Positions 23,058-30,847 of a stretch of 52,504 bases of DNA are shown here, piece by piece. This DNA is from Acidobacteriaceae bacterium (lineage in GTDB: Bacteria > Patescibacteriota > Doudnabacteria > UBA920 > O2-02-FULL-48-8): the NCBI GenBank assembly GCA_050258715.1, contig JBLMZH010000016.1, forward strand, positions 1 to 52,504, read 5' to 3'. Under the pieces are notes generated by a model. The model had not been told where the DNA came from. It saw only the letters and a program-made list of their open reading frames with translations, and searched no databases. Each line of letters starts with the position of its first letter. The first letter of the stretch is position 1. The position numbers and the translations under genes were made by a program.

Positions 23058-23621
23058 ATTAACCAAAAACCCATAAAAACTAGGATAAACCAATTCATCA
23101 AAGCCCCGCAGGTCAGACTAATTGACCAGGACGGGAAGATGATTGGGGTAATGTCGACTTCCGAAGCTTTGCGTCTGGCAGAAGAGCAACAGATCGATCT
23201 TGTCGAAATCTCGCCCAATGCCAATCCCCCGGTCGTTAAACTTCTTGATTACGACAAATTCAGGTACCAGCAGGAAAAGCAGGCCCAGCAATCGAAGAAA
23301 AAGATCAAACGGATTGCGGTTAAGGGCATCAGATTGTCGGTCAGGATCGGGGTCCACGACTTGGAATTCAAAGCCAAAAAAGCCAACGAATTTTTGGCCG
23401 AAGGACACAAGATCAAACTGGACGTGGTCATGCGCGGACGCGAACAAGCTCACCCGCAGCTCGCCTACGGCCTGGTCGACAAATTTCTGGCCTTGCTGAC
23501 GTCACCCCATATAAAGGAATCAGGGCCGAACCGGATGGGAAACATGGTCACGGTCATAATCGGAGCGGTTGCCGCCAACAAACCGGAACAAAAACCGCAG
23601 AAGCCGAGTCAGCCAGCTTAA
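23058..23621 (+). CDS. infC: Translation initiation factor IF-3 (non-AUG start likely)
   Basis: ..RINQFIKAPQVRLIDQDGKMIGVMSTSEAL..DLVEISPNANPPVVKLLDYDKFRY.. The track start (TTG 23040) sits at or before the predicted TSS. In-frame ATT/ATC/ATA codons lie at 23043-23097. ATT 23058 is my best guess. Confidence 0.85.
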   Translation: MNQKPIKTRINQFIKAPQVRLIDQDGKMIGVMSTSEALRLAEEQQIDLVEISPNANPPVVKLLDYDKFRYQQEKQAQQSKKKIKRIAVKGIRLSVRIGVHDLEFKAKKANEFLAEGHKIKLDVVMRGREQAHPQLAYGLVDKFLALLTSPHIKESGPNRMGNMVTVIIGAVAANKPEQKPQKPSQPA

Positions 23622-23685
23622 ACTAATCATTTAATCGGATATTAAGAACAGGATTTAACGAGCCTGTTGGAACAGGTCATTTTTT

Positions 23686-23877
23686 ATGAAGCAAAAGTCA
23701 AACAAGCGAATCAACAAGACATACTGGGTCACAGGCGGCGGAAAGCTGATGCGGCGCAAAGCCGGCCAGGCCCACTTCAATTCCAGAGAATCAAGCAAGA
23801 CCACAACGGGCAAGCGCCGCGACCTCCCGGTTGCCAAAGTACTGCAGAAAAAATTAATCAGGGCAATGGCCAAGTAA
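23686..23877 (+). CDS. rpmI: 50S ribosomal protein L35
   Basis: MKQKSNKRINKTYWVTGGGKLMRRKAGQAHF.. Position is between infC and rplT. Confidence 0.9.
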   Translation: MKQKSNKRINKTYWVTGGGKLMRRKAGQAHFNSRESSKTTTGKRRDLPVAKVLQKKLIRAMAK

Positions 23878-23896
23878 TTGCCGCAAACCATAAACC

Positions 23897-24241
23897 ATGA
23901 CAAGGATCAAACGGGGCGTTAGCGCCCACAAGCGAAGAAAATACACACTAGCCCGAACCAAGGGATTCACGAACCGGCGCCGGACCAATTTCCCGGCCGC
24001 GCGCGAAGCCCTGCTTCACGCCGACTCCTACGCATACGCTCACAGAAGGACCAAGAAGCGCGACTACCGCTCGCTTTGGACGGTCAGAGTCAATGCCGCA
24101 GCCAGAGAAAACGGAACAACGTTCAGCAAGCTCATGGCAATGCTTAAGAAGCAGAAGATCGCGCTCAATAAAAAAATGCTGTCTGAGCTGGCCGTAAGAA
24201 ACCCTGAAGCCTTCAAAAAGCTGATAGCCGAAGTCAAATAG
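23897..24241 (+). CDS. rplT: 50S ribosomal protein L20
   Basis: MTRIKRGVSAHKRRKYTLARTKGF....A..A..YAY.HRR.KKRDYR.LW..R.NAA. Confidence 0.95.
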   Translation: MTRIKRGVSAHKRRKYTLARTKGFTNRRRTNFPAAREALLHADSYAYAHRRTKKRDYRSLWTVRVNAAARENGTTFSKLMAMLKKQKIALNKKMLSELAVRNPEAFKKLIAEVK

Positions 24242-24245
24242 ACCA

Positions 24246-24276
24246 AAACCCTCCTCATCGGAGGGTTTTCTTTTTG
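24246..24276 (+). terminator. Intrinsic terminator of the infC operon
   Basis: AAACCCTCC-tcatc-GGAGGGTTT followed by TCTTTTTG. Confidence 0.75.
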
Positions 24277-24289
24277 CCATTATCAAAGC

Positions 24290-24332
24290 AAACAAAAACA
24301 AAAATCCCGCCAGGTTTAATTGGCGGGATTTT
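24290..24332 (-). terminator. Intrinsic terminator of the 878-aa membrane protein gene
   Basis: Minus strand AAAATCCCGCCA-8 nt-TGGCGGGATTTT followed by TGTTTTTGTTT. Confidence 0.7.
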
Positions 24333-24340
24333 AAGTCGAT

Positions 24341-26977
24341 CTATTTTGCCGGAGGATTGTTTATCAAATCCTTCAGATCATTGATGGATTTTTCGAGATC
24401 GAGGTTCGGGCCCGAGATCTCCCGGGTCTTTTCAAACTCGGCCAAGGCTTTGTTCCTCAAGGCTTTCACATTTTCCGCGTCCGTGGCTTGTGCCGCGTTC
24501 TGGAGGTAAACCAGACCCAAGGAATAGTGGGCGTTGGCGTAATTCGGCTTGGCTGTTATAACCTGGTTGAAGATCTTTTCGGCGTCAGTGTAATTCTTGA
24601 GGTTATAGGTGATGCGGCCAAGTTCGTACATCAGTTCGGCTGACCAGCCGGCCTTTTGTCCGCCTTGCTGCAGGATCTGCTTGGCGAGGTCGAGCTTTCC
24701 ATCTTTTTCATAGACTCTGGCCAATCCGACGTACGGGTCGGCCAAATTGTCTTTGAGCTCAATGGCTTTCTTTAAGGCATCCTCGGCATCCTTAAGCATC
24801 TGGGAATCAACCTGCATGAAATCCTTCATCATGGCCGGGGCGAGTTTGCCGGTCCCCGCCGGATTGAATCCGGCCTTGACCTCGTCGCCGTCCGAAATTC
24901 CGTTGTTGTTGCTGTCAGAGACATTCGGGTTGGAGCCGATCGCGGTTTCTTTGGCGTCAGGCAGTCCGTCCTTGTCGGTATCAATTCCATTCCCCACAAT
25001 ATCTTCTTTAACTTTGTCCGCGGAATTTAAGTAAGCCAAACCAAGCTGGACTTGCAAAGCCGGATTTTTGGGATCAAGCTTCGCGGCCTGCTTCCACGAT
25101 TCGACGATGGCCGAATCGCTGTTCGGGATCATGAACATGTTCTTGAGCTGTCCGTAGAATTGAGCCTTGGCCGACCAGTTGGAAGCCTTTTCGGGCGAGA
25201 TGCTGGTGGCGGTGTTGAGCGCGTCGCTTGCGCTCTTGATCATGTTCTGGAATTTCTGAAGGTCAGGTGTTGGCTTTGAAGCCTCAAGCACTGACTCGAA
25301 TACCAGGTTCTGGGCATAACCCAGATAATAAATGTCGCGATAGCGATTGCTCTTAATAGCAGAAGCCAGATGCTGCTCCGCTTTGGCATAATCAGGATTC
25401 GGTTTATTGAGCTCTTTGATGCCCGAAGCATACGAAGTTTCGCCGGCGAACAGCGAGAGTTGGAAGAACCCGGCGACCAAGAGTACGGCAAGCACCAGAA
25501 GGCTTGCGAACATCCAAGACAATGCCGCGCGCGGCGAATTGGAGAAGGTCAGAGTCTTTTCTTCTTTTTCCCCGTTCGACCAATGGGCTATGGCCATGAA
25601 CATGGCCAAAAGGAACCAGAACAGGAAGGCAAACGTGCCGTTGAAGAAATAGAAGAAGTGCGAGATATAAAGGAAGAGCCAGGCCATAAAGAATCCGAAG
25701 GCATAAGTCCGGCCCGGATGATCAGGCTTCCTCAAAATGAAGTAGAGCGCGTAGATAATGAACAGGACCGAAGTGGCTTCAAAGGCCAGCAAGCCCAAAA
25801 GCCCGGTTTCAATGGCAATATTGGCCATTTCAGACGAAGCCCGGTCGAAACTGAGGTTCCAGACAATGGACTTGTTCATGCTGTCCGGCTTGATGTCGCC
25901 GTAGACAATGCCAGTCGTGCCCGGCCCGTAGCCTAAGATCGGCTTTGAGGTCAGGGCGTTTTTGACCAGGTTCAAATTCCCGAGATTCGACAGCTGGACT
26001 TCCACCACCGGAACATTGAAGGAGCTGAACATCTGTCGCGGGTTGAGCGAATTCAGTTTGAAGTAGTCGAAGCTGAAGAACAGGATGGCGATAACGAGAA
26101 TGACCATCGGCTTCCAAAACCAGCTCGGTGAAAGTTTGTTGCCGGAGACGATCATTGTAATCGCCAGGAACACCACCATAGTCAGTCCCAGCACCAGCCA
26201 GGGATATGACGGAACAGAAGTGGAAAGGATGAACATGATCAGAAGTCCTAGGACAGTGAGCGCTGAGTAGATGATTTGTCTTACGGCGGTCAGTTTGGTG
26301 TTTAGCCAGATCCATTGGATGAAGACGAGCATGAAGGCCGAGAACAAAGCCAGGCTTCCGAGGCTCCCGATTGGATTGAACGACTGCATTTTGGCAAAAT
26401 CAAAACGGAAGACATAAACCTTCAGAAGCTGCAGGAAGCTGTAGACCATGACCAGAGCGCCGCTTGCGAGAAGTATCTTGGTCAGATTGCGGACGAGTTT
26501 GCCGGACCTGACATTGTTGACGACCAAAAAATACAAAACGACGAAACTGATGATGGAAAGGAAACTGCCGGTGTAACGGCCGTAATATCCGAGGAAGGAC
26601 GAAACTTTGTCGATGGAAAGGTAGCTGGCCAAAAAATAAATTATCAAATAGGCAAGCAGGATGAAATCCAGCGACGTCTTGACCCAGGCCACGGATCTCG
26701 TGGTTAGAATTTTAACCACCCAGATGGCGAGCATGACCACGACCAAAAGGAAAAGCAGGGTCTGCTTGTTGAATTCCCTGACCTCAGTGGTAAAGGGCAG
26801 GAAGAACACGGGAACGAGAAACACGGCGGCGTACAGCAGCCAGCGGATGAGACGCGTGAACTTCGAGACGTCGACTGCCTGGGAAGCCGTCTGGCCAAAA
26901 GGCGAGCTGACGATCCCAGGATCTTTGGCTTGTCCTGACATATTGTCTTTAAGTTTGTTAAGGATATTAAAGCTCAT
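24341..26977 (-). CDS. Polytopic membrane protein (O-antigen ligase/Wzy-like core) with Asp-rich Ca-binding-type repeat and C-terminal TPR repeats
   Basis: More than 10 predicted TM segments in the N-terminal 500 aa, DTDKDGLPD..NNNGISDGDE (thrombospondin type-3-like), and TPR-like helices near the C-terminus. The family call is pattern-based. Confidence 0.7.
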   Translation of the reverse strand: MSFNILNKLKDNMSGQAKDPGIVSSPFGQTASQAVDVSKFTRLIRWLLYAAVFLVPVFFLPFTTEVREFNKQTLLFLLVVVMLAIWVVKILTTRSVAWVKTSLDFILLAYLIIYFLASYLSIDKVSSFLGYYGRYTGSFLSIISFVVLYFLVVNNVRSGKLVRNLTKILLASGALVMVYSFLQLLKVYVFRFDFAKMQSFNPIGSLGSLALFSAFMLVFIQWIWLNTKLTAVRQIIYSALTVLGLLIMFILSTSVPSYPWLVLGLTMVVFLAITMIVSGNKLSPSWFWKPMVILVIAILFFSFDYFKLNSLNPRQMFSSFNVPVVEVQLSNLGNLNLVKNALTSKPILGYGPGTTGIVYGDIKPDSMNKSIVWNLSFDRASSEMANIAIETGLLGLLAFEATSVLFIIYALYFILRKPDHPGRTYAFGFFMAWLFLYISHFFYFFNGTFAFLFWFLLAMFMAIAHWSNGEKEEKTLTFSNSPRAALSWMFASLLVLAVLLVAGFFQLSLFAGETSYASGIKELNKPNPDYAKAEQHLASAIKSNRYRDIYYLGYAQNLVFESVLEASKPTPDLQKFQNMIKSASDALNTATSISPEKASNWSAKAQFYGQLKNMFMIPNSDSAIVESWKQAAKLDPKNPALQVQLGLAYLNSADKVKEDIVGNGIDTDKDGLPDAKETAIGSNPNVSDSNNNGISDGDEVKAGFNPAGTGKLAPAMMKDFMQVDSQMLKDAEDALKKAIELKDNLADPYVGLARVYEKDGKLDLAKQILQQGGQKAGWSAELMYELGRITYNLKNYTDAEKIFNQVITAKPNYANAHYSLGLVYLQNAAQATDAENVKALRNKALAEFEKTREISGPNLDLEKSINDLKDLINNPPAK

Positions 26978-27102
26978 TTGTTTCGATTTCCTTTCCTAAT
27001 GCAAGTTCCCCAAATCTGACGCATTCCCCCTCAATGCATTTCCGGCAGGATGGAATTTAGGGTTTTTGTTTCTTCATCAGGCTTAATGGCTAATGTACCC
27101 GT

Positions 27103-27131
27103 ATTATCCTAAAATTAATCTTCAAAGTCAA
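27103..27131 (-). promoter_or_regulatory. Candidate promoter for the 878-aa membrane protein gene
   Basis: Minus strand TTGACT, 17 nt, GATAAT. Confidence 0.5.
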
Positions 27132-27164
27132 GACTTTCTCCACAATTCATGAGTTTAAGGGCAA

Positions 27165-27191
27165 CATAAAAACCAGGCGAGAGAACCTGGT
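27165..27191 (-). terminator. Candidate intrinsic terminator inside the ORF-poor region
   Basis: Minus strand ACCAGG-8 nt-CCTGGT followed by TTTTTATG. Confidence 0.45.
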
Positions 27192-27416
27192 CTTTATGGG
27201 TTTGGATCTTCAGTCCCCAAGACTACTGATTTTGGTAGCTAAGGATCGTCAGATCCAGATTTTTATTTTTGGTCCAAAACGAATCTTCGGTGTTAAGCCT
27301 ATTGATTGTGCCCCAGGCCAAAAATATCGAAGCAAAAAAGCTTTCTTCCGTTAACAACCGCGTTTACAGATTTTTTCTTTATCTTGGTTTCCTTTTGGGT
27401 TTCTTACCCTAACTAT

Positions 27417-27445
27417 ATTTTAGCAGATTTCGACCCTCTTGTCCA
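27417..27445 (-). promoter_or_regulatory. Candidate promoter inside the ORF-poor region (would drive a transcript of about 245 nt ending at 27165)
   Basis: Minus strand TGGACA, 17 nt, TAAAAT, with TGC (extended -10). Confidence 0.4.
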
Positions 27446-28043
27446 TACGGTTTCTTCCGGCTTTTGCGGGCATTCCTTTGTCAAGCGCCAAAAAAATAAA
27501 AAAACTCTGGCCCTGTCGAGTAAGGCCTTTTAAGCCTCACTAAATTAGGTCAAAGCTTTATGTTTATAATTTAATTCGTTACAAAACAAATGCCTATGGT
27601 AAAAATGCCAATGAACTCATTTTAAAACTGCTGATTTTTCCACAATTGCATAGTTTCCGGCTGCAAGCTGTTCATTAAACCAAAACCTCCGTTCAAACGG
27701 AGGTTAGGCTTTATGTGTTGTTCCGGCATTAAGCCGAATTTGATCCCGGTTTGCACCGGTTTTTTCAATTACTTGTCTTTGAAAGCCCACTTCTTTCAAA
27801 GACGGGCAAATCCATATTGAATTGTGTCTTAATTCCCTCACCCCTTTCGCAGCTTTCGTTTCCTGCCCGATGTAAGTTCAGGCAAGGAACGGAATTAATT
27901 CAACCTTGAGTCAATAATGCGCTCATCGAAAATCCTTCTCAACTGTCAGTCTGAACTAAGCCGCAAAAATTCTTCATGCTTTGGGGCTGCTTGTTTGTAA
28001 AAAACGACAATGCTTCCCCTTGGTTTTGTGTAAAAGTCTGGTA

Positions 28044-29234
28044 TCATTTTCCGAAAGCGATTGCGTCGGGCACAAACCCCTGTGTATCAATCAACAATCC
28101 GGAGCGGATTGAAAATTCTCCGTATTTATCGTTGATCTTGTCAAGGACCGCAAGCAAGCCGTCTTCCTTTTTCGGGAAAAGCGGAATTTGGGCCGACGAT
28201 CGCTTAAGGCCGGTAAACCCGACGGCCATCCAGGTCACGTTTTTTTGAATATTCCAGGGTTGCCACATTAATTTCGCCAATTTGAACAGCTCCAATCCCT
28301 GCTTAATGGGATACTTAAGCCGCCTCGACTGATGGAAAGAGGCACCGTCAGCCTGCCGCAAGGCGAAGTAAAAGCCGTAGGCCAAGAGTCCTTCCCGCCT
28401 CATCCGCCGGGCAGCCTTTTCCGAAAGCCTTAAGATGACCTTTTCCAGGCGTTTCTTGTCGGTTGTCCTGAAATTTAAAACCCAGGAATGGCCGAACGAT
28501 TTCTGAACGGCTTCGTTCTCGGAAGGAATTATCTCGTCCTCTTCCAGTCCCTGGACGCGCTGCCAAATATAAAACCCCGGCTTGCCGAAAGACGATATGA
28601 GATTTTGGACCGGATAGTCGAGCAGCTGCGTGGGAGTGAGAATGCCGAGCTGAGAAAGCCTCTTAGTCCAGCCGCGGCTTAATCCCCAGAGGTCGGAAAA
28701 CTTCCGGCCCCTGTAGATCTCGCGCAGATGTTCGCGGAAGACCAGGGCCAAACCGTCAGGCTTCTTGATCTCGGACCCGAGCTTGGCCAAAAATTTGTTG
28801 CTGCCGATTCCGATCGAACAGGTCAGCCACTCCCCGACCTCTTCTTTGATCCGCCGCTTGATCTCCACAGCTACTGAAACCGGATTCAATTTTGTCGGAC
28901 GAAGGTCGAGAAAAGATTCGTCTATGCTGTAGCGCTCGACCAAGGGCGTGTACTCAAGGTATATCCGGTTAAAGCCTTCGTTGACGGCGCGATATTTTTC
29001 CGGCTCGGCCTGGACTAGGACTATCTCCGGGCAGATCTGCTTGGCCTGGGCAATGAGCGTTCCGGTCTTGATTCCTATGGCCTTGGCTTCCTTGGAAGCC
29101 GCGATCAGGCAGCTTGTCGGATGGAGGCTGGCGCAAATCCCCACCGGCTTCCCGCGCAAAGAAGGGTTCGCCTGCTGTTCAACGCTGGCGAAAAACGAAT
29201 TCATGTCGATTAATAAGATCCTGGGGAGGGCCAT
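28044..29234 (-). CDS. dinB: Y-family DNA polymerase (Pol IV/DinB-like)
   Basis: ILLIDMNSFFASVEQ, SIDESFLDL, and little-finger-region patterns. Confidence 0.9.
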   Translation of the reverse strand: MALPRILLIDMNSFFASVEQQANPSLRGKPVGICASLHPTSCLIAASKEAKAIGIKTGTLIAQAKQICPEIVLVQAEPEKYRAVNEGFNRIYLEYTPLVERYSIDESFLDLRPTKLNPVSVAVEIKRRIKEEVGEWLTCSIGIGSNKFLAKLGSEIKKPDGLALVFREHLREIYRGRKFSDLWGLSRGWTKRLSQLGILTPTQLLDYPVQNLISSFGKPGFYIWQRVQGLEEDEIIPSENEAVQKSFGHSWVLNFRTTDKKRLEKVILRLSEKAARRMRREGLLAYGFYFALRQADGASFHQSRRLKYPIKQGLELFKLAKLMWQPWNIQKNVTWMAVGFTGLKRSSAQIPLFPKKEDGLLAVLDKINDKYGEFSIRSGLLIDTQGFVPDAIAFGK

Positions 29235-29241
29235 AAAAAAA

Positions 29242-29340
29242 ATTGAAGATTGAAGATTAAGAATTGAGAATTCATTGAGTATTGAAGATTTAAAAATTAA
29301 TTTTCAGGGAATCTTCAATGTTCAATTTTAAATCTTCAAT
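29242..29340. repeat. Tandem 7-nt units (ATTGARR) with an inverted partner; includes a perfect 15-bp stem
   Basis: attgaag/attgaag/attaaga/attgaga.../attgaag/atttaaa. 29281-29295 is exactly complementary to 29326-29340. Confidence 0.6.
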
Positions 29341-29584
29341 CCACATACGATTCCAACAACGTCCAATTCAGCGAGTCGGAATTGAACTGCAGCTTGAAAT
29401 AATTGGCGTTGTCCGAGACCGTAAAGAAGTAGATCTTGATCCGGCCTTCAAAATGATGGTAGGCAAGATTGACCTTGCTCACGACATACTGTTTCCCCTG
29501 CCAAAGAAATTTGACGGGAACAAGGCTCCCCTCTTTAAACAAGCTGATAACTTCTATTGGTTCGTTGATTTGTTCAAAAGCCAT
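29336..29584 (-). CDS. Small (82 aa) hypothetical protein immediately upstream of dinB
   Basis: ORF with no recognisable motif. Same strand as dinB and flanked by the heptamer-repeat elements. Confidence 0.5.
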   Translation of the reverse strand: MAFEQINEPIEVISLFKEGSLVPVKFLWQGKQYVVSKVNLAYHHFEGRIKIYFFTVSDNANYFKLQFNSDSLNWTLLESYVD

Positions 29585-29592
29585 GAAATATA

Positions 29593-29708
29593 ATTGAAGA
29601 TTAAAAATTGAAAATTGAAAATTAATTGAAGATTGGAGATTGAAGATTGAAAAATTCTTAATTTTAAATTTTCAATGAATTTTCAATCTTGAATGTTCAA
29701 TTTTCAAT
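29593..29708. repeat. Inverted pair of ~8-9 tandem 7-nt units (ATTGAAR/ATTAAAA) forming a long imperfect palindrome
   Basis: Left arm attgaag attaaaa attgaaa attgaaa ... attggag attgaag attgaaa. The right arm is its imperfect reverse complement. Confidence 0.6.
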
Positions 29709-29712
29709 ACAT

Positions 29713-29752
29713 AAAAAAGGCGGCTGTTTAAGCCGCCTTAATTTTTCTTTTT
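29713..29752. terminator. Bidirectional intrinsic terminator
   Basis: AAGGCGGCT-gttta-AGCCGCCTT with an A-run upstream and a T-run downstream. Confidence 0.7.
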
Positions 29753-29806
29753 GATCAATACTATTTTACCCGCCCCGCCAATTCCGTCAAGCAATTCGCC
29801 GATTTG

Positions 29807-30079
29807 CTACATGCCGTTGACCTGAGTCTCTATGTCTTTTGAGCCGGTTTCAAGTTCGTCGAGCTTGACCGCGTCAAGATCGTGCTGAAGCTGGGCTGTG
29901 GTGTCGGGCGATTTCCGAATGCCTATCGGGGAAGAGGCCATGTTTTCGATGTCGTTTTTGACGACTTCGGCAATGCCCTGCTCATTAACCCTTATTTGCT
30001 TTAAAAAGACTAAGGTAAAGATCACTACCATCAGGACGATACCGCCGCCCACCAGGACTTTGTTGAGTTTCTTATTCAT
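29807..30079 (-). CDS. Small membrane-anchored hypothetical protein
   Basis: A single N-terminal TM is the only evidence. Overlaps the upstream gene by 8 nt. Confidence 0.45.
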   Translation of the reverse strand: MNKKLNKVLVGGGIVLMVVIFTLVFLKQIRVNEQGIAEVVKNDIENMASSPIGIRKSPDTTAQLQHDLDAVKLDELETGSKDIETQVNGM

Positions 30080-30695
30080 TGACGTTCTCCTGTCCGCCTG
30101 TTGTCTCGGTGGCGGAATTAGTTTCGGCCTTTGCCTGCTTCTCGATCGCGATCATGGCCTTAACGATATCTTTCAAATTTTGATGAAGCTCGATAAGCGC
30201 TTTTTTTAAGTCCTTATTGGCGGTTAAAAATTCCTGGGCTGCCTTCCTGGGCTGAGCCGAAGTTTTCACGGCCTGCAGCTTAGTCGTTGCCGTCTCAAGC
30301 ATTCCAGCCACTTTCTCTTTTTGCGTCATGGCCTTTTCCATGAGCGGAGTAAGGGAAGAGGTATCCAGCCCCTGCTCATCCATTTTTTCTTTCCGCGTTT
30401 CGATCTTGGTATAAATGGCCGACATCCGTTCAAGCGCGCTGTCCGAACGGCTGATCTGATTTTGCATCATCTTCGCCACTGCCGCGGCTTTGGCTTTAAG
30501 GACCTTGGCTTCCTGATCAGCGCTGGCGCTCTGGCCGGCTGACTGGGATAATTTCAATTTGTCCAAGACCGGTTTAGTCGTTTCCGTCTTAGCAAAGGCA
30601 AAATTCGCAGAGATCAGGCATATCAGCAAAAAAAACCCTGCCAATTTCAACTTTTTGTTTCTCATGAGTGTTTTTTTATTAATCGCCTTCATCAT
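30072..30695 (-). CDS. Secreted coiled-coil-like hypothetical protein
   Basis: Signal peptide (..LICLISANFAFA), Ala/Lys/Glu/Gln-rich. Confidence 0.5.
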   Translation of the reverse strand: MMKAINKKTLMRNKKLKLAGFFLLICLISANFAFAKTETTKPVLDKLKLSQSAGQSASADQEAKVLKAKAAAVAKMMQNQISRSDSALERMSAIYTKIETRKEKMDEQGLDTSSLTPLMEKAMTQKEKVAGMLETATTKLQAVKTSAQPRKAAQEFLTANKDLKKALIELHQNLKDIVKAMIAIEKQAKAETNSATETTGGQENVNE

Positions 30696-30847
30696 ATTAC
30701 ACCAAAAAAAACTTGTAAAGTAAACCTTGCACCTCTGATACGGGGCAAACTTGCTTCGTTTTATGGGTTATTTATGCTATAATTAGTGCTAATCAATTGC
30801 CTTTTTAAAGACAATTTTTTGCGGGAAAATCCTTATCCCCTAAATAC

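Noticed and set aside
22883-23224. 113-aa minus-strand ORF
   Set aside because: It overlaps the 5' part of the tmRNA gene, the ssrA and infC promoters, and the start of infC. It has no motifs.
27306-27533. 75-aa plus-strand ORF in the ORF-poor region (also 27976-28248)
   Set aside because: It has a TTG start, no SD and a low-complexity Phe/Ser/Lys-rich translation. It spans predicted promoter and terminator elements. 27976-28248 overlaps the dinB 3' end.
29242-29708. CRISPR array or LexA/SOS box near dinB
   Set aside because: The repeat unit is 7 nt with no spacers, so it is not CRISPR. Sequences such as TTGAACATTCAAG contain GAAC/GTTC-like halves but match no SOS-box consensus I can name, and the copy upstream of dinB itself is not palindromic.
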